A stretch of 63,951 nucleotides of DNA, counting the filler, from Licmophora abbreviata (taxonomy: Eukaryota), in the NCBI GenBank assembly GCA_900291995.1. It is 16 parts of 16 records of this genome, joined end to end, with 100 filler letters (N's around TTAATTAATTAA, not from the genome) between each part and the next. Parts side by side here need not be neighbours in the genome. Positions count along the whole stretch, not along the records: positions 36,697 to 45,054 come from OLMU01003765.1; positions 45,155 to 48,194 come from OLMU01003767.1; positions 48,295 to 51,165 come from OLMU01003768.1; 13 more parts are not named here. One strand, 5' to 3'. Each line of letters begins with the position of its first letter. Positions within the stretch are counted from its first letter, which is position 1. The position numbers and the translations under genes were made by a program. The notes beneath the pieces are model-generated. The model worked only from the letters and a program-made list of their open reading frames with translations, was not told the origin of the DNA and ran no database searches. This document shows, piece after piece, positions 39,664 through 49,665 of this stretch.

Positions 39664-40423
39664 CGCTCTGATCCAGTGGCTGCAGCCGCTGCCCGCGCCC
39701 GTGTCGCTGCTGGTGATTTTTCTGATCACCATCGTCGGTGGCGTGCTGCGCGGCTTTACCGGCTTCGGCGCCGCAATGGTCATCATTCCGGTGGTGGCCC
39801 TTGTGACCTTGCCGCGTGATGCGGTGGTCTTTCACGCTCTGATCGAGATACCCACGGCACTGCAGCTTCTGCCTGATGGGCTGCGCCATGCGCGCCGCTC
39901 CACGGTGCTGCCGATGATGCTGGGCCTGACCCTCGCCGTGCCCGTGGGCATGTTGCTTCTGGTCAGCCTGCCGCCAGATGTCATGCGCGTGGCGATGTCC
40001 ATTGCGGTGCTCGGGCTTGTGACATTCATGTGGGCCGGTGTGCGTCTGCCGCCGCCGCGAGGCAACTGGGCCGGGATACTCGGCGGCACCGCCGGCGGCA
40101 TCCTTCAGGGCAGCGCAGGGGTCGGCGGCCCGCCCATTGCCGCCGCTCTAATGGCGCGCCGTGACGATGCGGGCGAAACACGCGGCAATGTGCTGGTGAT
40201 GATGGCGCTCATCATCCTCGTGTCGATCCCCGCGCAATACGCGTTCGATCTTTTCAATCGTGAAGTGGTGATCCTCGGCGTGATGATGGCCCCGGCCTAT
40301 ATGCTGTCCACGGTCTTCGGCGCCTGGCTCTTTCGCAGGACAGGCGGGCGCAATTACCGCGCCATCGCCCTTGGTATCCTTGCCATGACCGCGATCGGAA
40401 CGCTTGTGGCCTCGATTTTGTAA
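39650..40423 (+). CDS. TauE/SafE (sulfite-exporter-family) membrane protein
   Basis: RGFTGFGAAM and G.AGVGGPP repeated helix motifs, about eight TM segments; start MQSLD at 39650. Confidence 0.85.
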   Translation: MQSLDALIQWLQPLPAPVSLLVIFLITIVGGVLRGFTGFGAAMVIIPVVALVTLPRDAVVFHALIEIPTALQLLPDGLRHARRSTVLPMMLGLTLAVPVGMLLLVSLPPDVMRVAMSIAVLGLVTFMWAGVRLPPPRGNWAGILGGTAGGILQGSAGVGGPPIAAALMARRDDAGETRGNVLVMMALIILVSIPAQYAFDLFNREVVILGVMMAPAYMLSTVFGAWLFRRTGGRNYRAIALGILAMTAIGTLVASIL

Positions 40424-40432
40424 GCGCGTCGC

Positions 40433-40906
40433 TCAGTCGATCACGAACAAGGGCTGCCCGTATTCGACCATCTGGCCATCCGTCGCAAGGATCGCCTTGA
40501 CCGTTCCTGCGCGTGTTGACTCGATCGTGGTGAAAAGCTTCATCACTTCGATGATGCACAGCGGCGTTCCCACCTCGACTTGCGCGCCCACGGTGACGAA
40601 TTCCGCCTCTTCGGGCGAGGGGCGGCTGTAATACGTGCCCACCATCGGGGCGACCACCTGATTGCCGCTCACCGGCGCTGCGGCGCTGTCCGCCGGGGCC
40701 GAACTCTCCGGAGCCGGGCTTGCAGCAGCAGGTGCAGGAGCCGCCGCCGGGGCAGGGGCCGCCGAAACCTGCGCCGGTGCCGGATCCGAGGCGCCCTTGC
40801 GGCGGATCAGAATCTTCGCGCCCTCAAGCTCAAGCGAAACCTCGTCGCAATTGCTGCTGTCGACGATCTTCACGATTTCGGCAACGTCACTGTAGCTGAG
40901 CGTCAT
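40433..40906 (-). CDS. Stand-alone biotin carboxyl carrier protein (AccB-like)
   Basis: Ala/Pro linker, APMVGTYY, IEVMKL biotinylation motif and VEYGQPLF. Confidence 0.93.
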   Translation of the reverse strand: MTLSYSDVAEIVKIVDSSNCDEVSLELEGAKILIRRKGASDPAPAQVSAAPAPAAAPAPAAASPAPESSAPADSAAAPVSGNQVVAPMVGTYYSRPSPEEAEFVTVGAQVEVGTPLCIIEVMKLFTTIESTRAGTVKAILATDGQMVEYGQPLFVID

Positions 40907-40915
40907 GGGGGGTCC

Positions 40916-41800
40916 TCATTCTTCCTTGTCAGGGGTGTCTTGATCCGAGTGGAACGTCTTGGCAAAACTTTGCGCCGCTTCCTTCATGCGCGGCACAAAG
41001 CCCAGCATCTGGTTCAGCGTCATGCGCGCTTCAGGGGCGGACACGGCGATACATCCAAGGCAATTGCCCAATTGGTCGACCACCGGCACGGCCACGCAGA
41101 CCACGCCATGCATGAATTCCTGGTTGTCGGTGCCGATCCCGTCCATCCGCACCCGGTGAATGGCCTCGGTCAGCTTGCCGGGATCGGTGATCGTCGCATC
41201 CGTATAAGCGGTCAATGGCCGGGCCTCGACGATGGCGCGCAAATCGCGTTCCGCCTGAAAACTCAGCATCAGCTTGCCGATGGCGGTGCAATGCGCGGGC
41301 ACCCGGCTGCCTGCCGCAAAGCGCAGGCCAAGCGGCCATTTCGACTCGACCCGGTCCAGATAGATCACCTCCGATCCGGACAAGATGCCGTAATTGCAGG
41401 TCTCGCCGGTTTCCGCCGCGATCTCCTGCAGGATCGAGTGGCGCAGCGATCTGGGCGCGGATGTCACCAGCGCCCGTTGCGAGAGCATGATGAGCCTCGG
41501 CCCTTCGGTAAAGCCGTTATCGGCGGCGTCGCGCTCGAGAAATTCCATTTCGACCAGCATGTTCACCACCCTGTGCGTGGTCGGCTTGGTCAGACCGGTG
41601 ATACGAATCATTTCGGAAATTGAAATCGGCCTCGTGCTGCGGGCGATCAGCTCCAGAATCATGAAGGCTTTTCCGGTCACGCCCAGTTCGGCCAGCTGGT
41701 CGCGACGCGTCGACTCGATTGCATCCTCGATCAGCGGGTCATCCAGATCGTCGTTGTTGAAAAGGTTGACCACAGGCGCGCGCTTGGACTCGTTCTTCAT
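40916..41800 (-). CDS. IclR-family transcriptional regulator
   Basis: GLTKPTTHR HTH, TGETCN, GSRVPAHCTAIGK and EFMHGVVCVAVPV motifs. Confidence 0.92.
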   Translation of the reverse strand: MKNESKRAPVVNLFNNDDLDDPLIEDAIESTRRDQLAELGVTGKAFMILELIARSTRPISISEMIRITGLTKPTTHRVVNMLVEMEFLERDAADNGFTEGPRLIMLSQRALVTSAPRSLRHSILQEIAAETGETCNYGILSGSEVIYLDRVESKWPLGLRFAAGSRVPAHCTAIGKLMLSFQAERDLRAIVEARPLTAYTDATITDPGKLTEAIHRVRMDGIGTDNQEFMHGVVCVAVPVVDQLGNCLGCIAVSAPEARMTLNQMLGFVPRMKEAAQSFAKTFHSDQDTPDKEE

Positions 41801-41973
41801 GTTTCACCCTTGTTCTGTTCGATGGAGGGCCGGCGCACGACCCGTCCATCAATCAATACTATGACCTCTTGCAGAACGGAAATCAATCATCCTATACTAA
41901 ATTCGAAACGATACGTGCTTTATTTCGAGACGAGACATCACGCAGACACAGGCAGCCGGTGGACAGATTCCCA

Positions 41974-43389
41974 ATGAACCAAAGCCCCAATCCAACGCCC
42001 CAAGGCGCACGCGGCTCCGACACGGGACTGTCGCGTGTGCTGATCGCAAATCGGGGCGAAATCGCCCTGCGGGCTATTCGCGTCTGCCGCGACCGGGGGC
42101 TTTCGTCCGTTGCCGTCTATTCCGAGGCTGATTCGGACGCGCCGCATGTCTGGGCGGCCGATCACAGCGTCTGCATCGGCCCCGCCGCGGCCACCAAAAG
42201 CTACCTGTCGCCCGGCGCTTTGGTGCATGTCGCCAAGATGACGGGCTGCGATGCGGTCTATCCCGGCTACGGGTTTCTGTCGGAAAACGCCGATTTTGCG
42301 GATCCCTGCGCGCAGAACGGCCTCAAATTCGTCGGTCCTTCGGCGGATGCCATCCGGACCATGGGTGACAAGGCCCGTGCCCGCGAGGTGGCCTCCGGTC
42401 TTGGCGTGCCGGTGGTGCCCGGCTCCGAAGGCGCCTTCACCGATCCCGCCGCCGCCGAGTCCGTGGCGGCCGATGTGGGCTTTCCCATGCTGCTCAAGGC
42501 GAAAGCCGGTGGTGGCGGTCGGGGTATGCGGATCGTGCGCGAACCGGATGCCTTCCGCGCCCAGTTTCTTCAGGCCAGCCGCGAGGCCGAGGCCGCTTTC
42601 GGCGATGGCGGCGTCTATATCGAACGGTTCTTCGACGCGGTGCGCCATATCGAAATTCAGGTGATGGGCGATGGGCGCGGCGGTGCCGTGGCCTTTGATG
42701 AACGCGATTGCAGCGTGCAGCGCCGCCACCAGAAACTGATCGAGGAATCCCCGTCCCCCGCCGTCGGCCCCGATCTGCGCGCCCGCCTGAAAGAGGCGGC
42801 GCTGAAACTGACCCAAGGGATCGCCTATGAAGGCGCCGGCACCATCGAATTCATCCTCGATGTCGCGTCGGGCGAGTTCTTCTTCATCGAAATGAACACC
42901 CGCATCCAGGTGGAACATACCGTTACCGAAATGCGCATCGGCCATGATCTCATCGCGATGCAGCTTGATATCGCGGGTGGCGCGCCGCTCGATCCGGCGC
43001 TGGCCGATCATGTGGGCCGCGGCCATGCGATCGAGTTTCGCATCAACGCCGAGAACTGGAAAAACGGCTTCATGCCGTCGCCGGGCCGCCTGAACGAATG
43101 GCTGGTTCCGCAGGGTGAGGGCATCCGCCTTGATACCGCCGTCTATCGTGGCCAGCGAATTTCACCCTTCTACGATTCGATGATCGCCAAGCTGATCGTC
43201 TGGGGCGAAACCCGTGACGAGGCGCTCGCGCGGTCGCGCGCCGTGCTGGATGGCTGCCGCGTCGACGGGGTCGAGACCACGATCGGCTTTCATCGACGGT
43301 TGATCGACCACGAGGATTTTCTGCAAGACCGTGTGCATACAAGATGGATCGAGAACGACATGTCACTCGAGTCTCTGGGAGGAGCGTGA
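41974..43389 (+). CDS. Biotin carboxylase
   Basis: LIANRGEIA, PGYGFLSEN, GGGGRGMR, ERDCSVQRRHQK, EMNTRIQVEH and YDSMIAK motifs. Confidence 0.95.
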   Translation: MNQSPNPTPQGARGSDTGLSRVLIANRGEIALRAIRVCRDRGLSSVAVYSEADSDAPHVWAADHSVCIGPAAATKSYLSPGALVHVAKMTGCDAVYPGYGFLSENADFADPCAQNGLKFVGPSADAIRTMGDKARAREVASGLGVPVVPGSEGAFTDPAAAESVAADVGFPMLLKAKAGGGGRGMRIVREPDAFRAQFLQASREAEAAFGDGGVYIERFFDAVRHIEIQVMGDGRGGAVAFDERDCSVQRRHQKLIEESPSPAVGPDLRARLKEAALKLTQGIAYEGAGTIEFILDVASGEFFFIEMNTRIQVEHTVTEMRIGHDLIAMQLDIAGGAPLDPALADHVGRGHAIEFRINAENWKNGFMPSPGRLNEWLVPQGEGIRLDTAVYRGQRISPFYDSMIAKLIVWGETRDEALARSRAVLDGCRVDGVETTIGFHRRLIDHEDFLQDRVHTRWIENDMSLESLGGA

Positions 43390-44837
43390 TGAGCCGCGAC
43401 ATCAAATTCATCGACGTCACCTTGCGTGACGCGCATCAATGCCTCTGGGCCACCCGCATGACCACCGGCATGATGAAGGACATCGCGCCGTTTCTGGATC
43501 GTGCCGGGTTCGAGGCGATCGATCTGGTCGGCGGTGCCGTGTTCGATGTCTGCGTCCGCTTCCTGCGCGAAGACCCTTGGGAGCGTATGAGGATCCTCAA
43601 CACATGGATCACCGAGACGCCTCTCATCATCCACACGCGCGGCCAAAGCCTTTTCACTTTCGAATTCTTCCCCGACGACATCGTCGAACTGGCCGCCGAG
43701 CGTTTTGCCGCCAACGGGATGCGCTATCACACGCCCTATGATCCCTTGAACGACATCCGCAACTTGCGGATTCCCGTGCAGGCCGCGCGCAAGCTGGGCA
43801 TCCATACGGTGCCGGGTCTCGTCTATACCTACAGCCCCGTTCACACGGATGAGTATTACCGCAAGAAGGCCCTCGAACTGGTCGAGATCGGTGTGGACGG
43901 CATCTTCATCAAGGATCCAAGCGGGCTTCTGACGCCGGAACGCGTCGCAACCCTCGTGCCCGCGATCAAATCCGCCATCGGCGATCTGCCGTTGCAGCTG
44001 CATTCGCACTGCCTGTCGGGCCTGTCGCCCTATGTCGCGCTGCAGGCGGTCGAACACGGCATCGACGTGCTGCACACCGCCACCTCTACTCTGGCGCATG
44101 GCGCCTCGCACCCGCCCACCGAACGGGTGGTGGAAAACCTCCGCCGCCGCGGTCATTCGGCCGCGCTCGATCTCGACGCGATCCGCGAAGTGGCCGAGCG
44201 TCTGGACTACATCGCCAAGGTCGAAGGCAAACCCACAGGCCAGCCGCTCGACTATGACGAGTTCCATTTCCATCATCAGGTCGCGGGCGGCATGATCTCG
44301 AACCTGCGGGTGCAGCTTGAAACCGTGGGTCTCGCCGACCGGATCACCGAAATCCTCGAAGAGGCAGGCCGCGTGCGCGCCGATCTGGGCTATCCCATCG
44401 TGGTCAGCCCCTTCGCGCAATATATCGTGACCCAAGCCGTTCTGAACGTGACCTCGATGGACAAGGGCGGTCAGCGCTATGACAGCGTGCCCGACGAAAT
44501 CCGTCTCTATGCGCGCGGCGGCTATGGCGAGATCGCGGGCGAGATCGACGCCAACCTCTATGACAAGCTGACCGGCGGCAAGGAGATCATCACGCAACGT
44601 GCGGGTGCCCTGATCGAACCGGCCATCGCCCGTCTGCGCAAATCGCGTGGCCCCTTCGCCTCGGATGACGATCTGCTGCTCGCGGCCTTCTATGACGACA
44701 CGCAATACAAGGCCCTGAAGCAGGCGGGCCCGATCGACACCGAGTATCGGCTGGCCGGCACGCCGCTTTTGACCCTGCTGAAAGAAGTCGCCAAGCGCGA
44801 TGACATCAAGAGCTTCCATCTCAGCGTCAAACCCTGA
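43389..44837 (+). CDS. Pyruvate-carboxylase-B / oxaloacetate-decarboxylase-alpha / 5S-like carboxyltransferase without a biotinyl domain
   Basis: DVTLRDAHQ, GGAVFD, EDPWER, IKD, HSH and HQV.GGM.SNL motifs; no C-terminal MK domain; TGATG-coupled to the biotin carboxylase. Confidence 0.9.
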   Translation: MSRDIKFIDVTLRDAHQCLWATRMTTGMMKDIAPFLDRAGFEAIDLVGGAVFDVCVRFLREDPWERMRILNTWITETPLIIHTRGQSLFTFEFFPDDIVELAAERFAANGMRYHTPYDPLNDIRNLRIPVQAARKLGIHTVPGLVYTYSPVHTDEYYRKKALELVEIGVDGIFIKDPSGLLTPERVATLVPAIKSAIGDLPLQLHSHCLSGLSPYVALQAVEHGIDVLHTATSTLAHGASHPPTERVVENLRRRGHSAALDLDAIREVAERLDYIAKVEGKPTGQPLDYDEFHFHHQVAGGMISNLRVQLETVGLADRITEILEEAGRVRADLGYPIVVSPFAQYIVTQAVLNVTSMDKGGQRYDSVPDEIRLYARGGYGEIAGEIDANLYDKLTGGKEIITQRAGALIEPAIARLRKSRGPFASDDDLLLAAFYDDTQYKALKQAGPIDTEYRLAGTPLLTLLKEVAKRDDIKSFHLSVKP

Positions 44838-44881
44838 CCGCGCTTGCTCATGCAGGCGCGCCAAACACCACAGGACAGACC

Positions 44882-45054
44882 ATGACCACACCCTGCATCA
44901 TCACGACCGCGATCACCGGCGCCATCCCGCGTACCTCGGAGTGTCCCGGCCTTCCGGTCGTGCCCTCGCAGCAGATCGAATCCACTCACGAAGCCTATGA
45001 GGCCGGATCGGCGCTCGTGCATATCCATGTGCGCAATGACGACGAAAGCCCCAG
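44882..45054 (+). CDS. Beta-keto acid cleavage enzyme (BKACE/Kce/DUF849), N-terminal part
   Basis: IITTAITGA...PGLPV..QQI...EAYEAGSALVHIHVR, with the HxH Zn ligands. Confidence 0.85.
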
Positions 45055-45154
45055 NNNNNNNNNNNNNNNNNNNNNNNNNNNNNNNNNNNNNNNNNNNNTT
45101 AATTAATTAANNNNNNNNNNNNNNNNNNNNNNNNNNNNNNNNNNNNNNNNNNNN

Positions 45155-46330
45155 AATATAGCCGTCCTCGTCGATCTTCCCCAAATCGCCGGTGATGAAA
45201 AACCCGTCCCCGCGCAGCTCGGCTGCGGTCTTCTCCGGCATCTGCCAATAGCCCTTGAACACGTTCGGCCCGCGCACTTCGATCTGGCCGATCTCGCCAT
45301 CGGGCAGCGTCTCGCCGGTCTCGGGATCGGTAATCTTCAACTCCACGCCGGGCAAGGCAAAGCCCACCGTGCCTGCGCGCCGCTCTCCGTCATAGGGGTT
45401 CGAGGTGTTCATGTTGGTTTCCGTCATCCCGTAGCGTTCAAGGATGCGGTGGCCGGTGCGCTCTTCGAACTGCACATGGGTTTCCGCCAGCAACGGCGCC
45501 GACCCCGAGATGAACAGCCGCATATGCTGCACCAGATCGCCGGTGAACCGCTCATCATCCAAAAGCCGCGTATAAAAGGTCGGGACGCCCATCATCGACG
45601 TGGCTTTCGGCAGCCAAGCGATCACCTCATCGGCATCGAATTTCGGCAGGAAAATCATCTCGCCGCCAACCGACAGAATGATGTTGGTCGCCACGAAAAG
45701 GCCGTGGGTGTGGAAGATCGGCAGCGCGTGCAGCAACACGTCTTCGCCGGTAAAGCGCCAGTGATCCACCAGCACCTCGGTATTGGACAGCAGGTTCTCA
45801 TGGGTCAGCATCGCCCCCTTCGAGCGCCCGGTCGTGCCTGAGGTGTACAGAAATGCCGCCAGATCATCCTTGCCGCGCGCCACCGTGGCGAATGTCTCGG
45901 GCTGGTCTGCGGCCTGCGCCATCAGGCTGCCGCTGCCATCTGCGTTCAGTGTCGCCACCTGCGCCGACAGACCTTTGGCCATGGGTGCGATCGCACCCGT
46001 CTTTGCCCCGTCGCATACGATCAACCGCGCACCGCTGTTCTCGATGAAATAGGACAGCTCATCCACCGTATAGGCCGTGTTGAGCGGCAAGAAGATCAGC
46101 CCCGCCTGCACGCAAGCGGCATAAAGCGCCAGTGCCTCGGGGGATTTGGCGACCTGTGCCGCGACCCGGTCTCCCGGCTGCAGACCCATCGCGGTGACCG
46201 CGTTGGCGATCCGGGCGGCGGTGCCCAGAAACGCGGCATAGCTGATCGTGCCGCCACTCGGCAGATGCAGGAAGGTGGCCGTATTGCCGGCATGTTTTCC
46301 GAACAGGTTGTCATAAAGCGTGTTTGCCAT
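45155..46330 (-). CDS. matB: Malonyl-CoA synthetase (3' end lost in gap)
   Basis: YTSGTTGRSKGAML, HALPIFHTHGLFVA, MGVPTFYTRL and ERYGMTETNMNTSNPY motifs. Confidence 0.93.
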
Positions 46331-46333
46331 GGC

Positions 46334-47590
46334 TCACTTTTCCTTGGCTGGTTCGAGATGTGCTGAATTGGCCAGCGATTTGACTTCGGATGTGGCGACC
46401 ACGGTGTTGGTGGCCGCGAATTGTTCGTGGTTCTGGGCGACCTTTGCCAGATCGTACAGGTAATTGACCATCGTGCCGCCCGATCTCGCCCGCCCATTTG
46501 CCGAGGTATCTGCCTCCGCGTGCACCGCATGGATGATGGCGCCATTGCCCAGATGGAAGCGTGCGACCGGATCGACCGGTGCGCCGGTGTCATGCTTGGC
46601 GTGCAACAGGTAATGCGCCGCGAGCGCGCGCATCTGCTCAGGCGCAGCCTCGGTCCATGGGATGCCTTGCGCGTCCAGCCATGCACAGAGCCCCGGAATC
46701 GGCGATAGCGTCACGAAGGTTTTCAACCCCGGCAGCTCCGCCGCCAAATCCGACGCCACCTGCTTGATGAGCGAATTGCCGAAGGAAATACTGGCCAACC
46801 CCGCCTGACAGTTCGAGATCGAATAGAACACCGCCGTGTCGGCCTCTTCCTCGGGGAGCGTGGCGCGCTCGGGCGCCAGAAGCGCCTGCACCGATCCCGG
46901 AATACCCCGGGTCAGCGCGACCTCGACGAAAATCAGCGGCTCGTCGGGCATTGCAGGGTGGAAAAAGGCGAAACAGCGCCGGTCCTCCGGCTCCAGCCTG
47001 CGGCGCAGATCGTCCCAGCTGTCGATGGCGTGCACCGCCTCGTATTGGATGATCTTCTCAAGGATATGCGCAGGGCTTTCCCAGTTGATCGGCCGCAGCA
47101 CCAGAAATCCGCGATTGAACCACGACGCGAACAGGTGCCTGAAATCCAGATCCAGCGCTTCCAGCTCCGGCGTGCCGCGCCCCAGCCGCAACAGATCGGC
47201 GCGCATCCCCACAAGCGCCCTCGTGGCGCCGGGCACGCTGTTCAGCCTGCGGATCAACTCCTGCCGCCGCGGCTCGGCGGCGGCCATGTAGCTGCGATAA
47301 CTGGACTTGGAGGGCTCTTCCTCATAGGCATCCAGCGCGTTTCGCACCGCTTCGGGATCGATATTCATCGCCCCCGCCAGATGCTCGAAAAACCCCAGCT
47401 TCTCCTCGTCCTTCATCATCGCGAAGCCCGTCAGGATCTCGGCCGCCATGCTGGCCCCCGACGTCTCGCCGGTGCTGCCGACCAACTCATCCGCCAGTTC
47501 CGCGATCGGACGTGTCCCGTGGCGGCGCTGCGCAAAGGGGCGGTAACGCCGCTCGAAGACGGTAGAAAGAAGGTCGGCCAGCAAGGTCAT
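46334..47590 (-). CDS. matA: Malonyl-CoA decarboxylase
   Basis: SWFNRGFL, YEAVH, EPLIFVEVALT, FYSISNCQ.GL, FGNSLIK, TLSPIPG and DPVARFHLGNGA; start MTLLAD at 47590. Confidence 0.93.
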   Translation of the reverse strand: MTLLADLLSTVFERRYRPFAQRRHGTRPIAELADELVGSTGETSGASMAAEILTGFAMMKDEEKLGFFEHLAGAMNIDPEAVRNALDAYEEEPSKSSYRSYMAAAEPRRQELIRRLNSVPGATRALVGMRADLLRLGRGTPELEALDLDFRHLFASWFNRGFLVLRPINWESPAHILEKIIQYEAVHAIDSWDDLRRRLEPEDRRCFAFFHPAMPDEPLIFVEVALTRGIPGSVQALLAPERATLPEEEADTAVFYSISNCQAGLASISFGNSLIKQVASDLAAELPGLKTFVTLSPIPGLCAWLDAQGIPWTEAAPEQMRALAAHYLLHAKHDTGAPVDPVARFHLGNGAIIHAVHAEADTSANGRARSGGTMVNYLYDLAKVAQNHEQFAATNTVVATSEVKSLANSAHLEPAKEK

Positions 47591-49030
47591 TGTCCCGGAC
47601 CCATTACCGCATCCGGCAACCACGTGGCCAGCCCCGGAAAGAAGCACAGCAGGATGATCGCGACCACCATGCAGGCCACATAAGGCAGCGACCCCTTGAG
47701 GATCGTCTTGAGCGAGATATCCGGCGCGATGCCGTTGATGACATAAAGGTTCAACCCCACCGGCGGCGAGATCAGGCCGATCTCCATGTTGATCGTCAGG
47801 ATCACCGCGAACCAGATCGGATCGAACCCGGCCGTGGTGATGATCGGCAACAGGATCGGCGCGGCCATCAGGATCACCGCGACCGGCGGCAGGAAAAAGC
47901 CCGCGATCAGCAGGAAGACGTTGATCGCCCCCATCAGCACCCACCGGTTCACATCCAGCGTGCCGATCCATTCGGCGATCGACTGGGTGATGAAGAGCGA
48001 CGACAGCATGTAGCTGAACACGCCCGCAGCGGCGATGATGAACAGGATCATCACCGATTCCTTGGTGCTGTCGCGCAGCACCACCCACAATTGGCGCGGA
48101 TCCCACAGCTTGTAGATGATCATCGCGATGAGCAGGCACATCAGCGCGCCCACGGCGGCGGTTTCCGACGGCGTCGCGATGCCTCCATACATGGNNNNNN
48201 NNNNNNNNNNNNNNNNNNNNNNNNNNNNNNNNNNNNNNTTAATTAATTAANNNNNNNNNNNNNNNNNNNNNNNNNNNNNNNNNNNNNNNNNNNNACGGCG
48301 TCGCGATGCCTCCATACATGGCGTAAAGAACACCGATGATGATCGCCACGAAGGGCAGAACACGCGGCAGGATCTCGAATTTCTGTTTCCAGCTATAGCT
48401 GCTGGCCATCAGCACCTGTGCCGAACCCGATTTCCATGTGGAATAGAGCGACCACGCCATGAACAGGCTCACCAGCAACAGCCCCGGAATGACCCCGGCC
48501 AGAAACAGCCGCCCGACCGACGTTTCCGTGGCGATGCCATAGACGATCATCGTGACTGATGGCGGGATCAGGATGCCAAGCGTGCCGCCCGCCGCGATCG
48601 ATCCCGCCGCCACTTCGTCGGGATAGCCGCGCTTGCGCATCTCGGGGATGCCCATCTTTCCGATGGCAGCACAGGTGGCGGGGCTCGACCCCGACATCGC
48701 CGAGAACAGCGCGCAGGCGCCCAGGTTCGACACCACAAGCCCGCCGGGCACGCGCGTTAGCCACCGCTCCAGCGCCTCGTAAAGATCGGCCCCCGCCCTC
48801 GTCGAGGCGATCGATGCCCCCATGATGATGAACATCGGGATCGACAGAAGGGCGAAGTTGTTAAGCTTGCCGAACAGGATTTCAGGCATCAGCTCCAAGG
48901 ATCGCAGACCGTCGAAGATGATCAGGAAGCCCGCCGACACGATCAGCAGCCCGATGGCCACCGACACGCCGGAAAACAGCACCATGACGGTGGCGATGGC
49001 GACAAGCGCCCCAAGCAGAAGAGGATCCAT
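47587..49030 (-). CDS. dctM: TRAP large permease (false gap inside)
   Basis: SGSSPAT, GTLGILIPPS, GIATPSETA and ISPPVGLNL motifs. Confidence 0.92.
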
Positions 49031-49578
49031 CAGACGTTCTCCAGTCCAAAGGGTTTGTCGACCTTGATGATGACCGCCACCAGATCGGCCACCAGCTGCA
49101 GCATCAGCAGCGCGAAACCGACCGGGATAGACAGATAGGGTATCCACAGCCGCACGCCCCAGACCGTGTCCGAGCGCCAGCCGCGATCCCACGCGAAATG
49201 CCAGTATTCAAATCCGTAGAACAGCATGACCCCGACGATCAGGATCGAGACCGACAGCGTGATGATGCACAGCACGTATCTCGCCCTCGGCGGCAGCGCG
49301 AGCGGGAAGAGGTCCACATTCACATGGCCGCGCAATCGCTGCACATAAGGCAGACCGATCAGCGTGGCCGCCACCATCAGATAGATCACCGCCTCGGTCT
49401 GCCACACGGTCGATCCGTTTAGCACGAAGCGGATGAAGATCATCTGACAGGTGATCGCCACCGCCGCCACGATCATCCCGGCCGAACACCAGCCTGCCAG
49501 GGTGGAAATCGCCGCGACACCACGCAGAAAAGGATTGTTCCCGGTCTGCGCTGCGGCAGCCGAACTTTGACCGGCCAT
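49030..49578 (-). CDS. dctQ: TRAP small permease
   Basis: Four TM segments, RFVLN..TVWQTE and GHVNVDL motifs. Confidence 0.9.
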   Translation of the reverse strand: MAGQSSAAAAQTGNNPFLRGVAAISTLAGWCSAGMIVAAVAITCQMIFIRFVLNGSTVWQTEAVIYLMVAATLIGLPYVQRLRGHVNVDLFPLALPPRARYVLCIITLSVSILIVGVMLFYGFEYWHFAWDRGWRSDTVWGVRLWIPYLSIPVGFALLMLQLVADLVAVIIKVDKPFGLENV

Positions 49579-49665
49579 GCTGGACTCCCTTGAAATTCTG
49601 GTCTTTTTACAGATGTCCGCCGGGCGGACAGTTGGGGCGACCCGAACGGGCCGCCCCGCCTTGGA

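Noticed and set aside
40433..43389. Calling these genes the housekeeping accB/accC
   Set aside because: They are divergently arranged around an IclR and coupled to a PC-type carboxyltransferase rather than to fatty-acid synthesis genes.
43290..44891. Long antisense ORFs (also 28160-29773 +, 38425-39786 -, 59546-60898 +, 61143-62666 -, 56569-57711 -)
   Set aside because: They lie opposite well-supported genes and have no motifs, as expected from high-GC codon bias.
44882..47590. Functional link between BKACE and the adjacent malonate operon
   Set aside because: Attractive because some BKACE reactions could yield malonyl-CoA, but the genes are separated by a gap of unknown size and the mat operon has its own regulator and transporter.
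46334..48139. 601-aa malonyl-CoA decarboxylase with a long N-terminal extension
   Set aside because: The extension is an alternate frame of dctM; the true start is the ATGA overlap at 47590.
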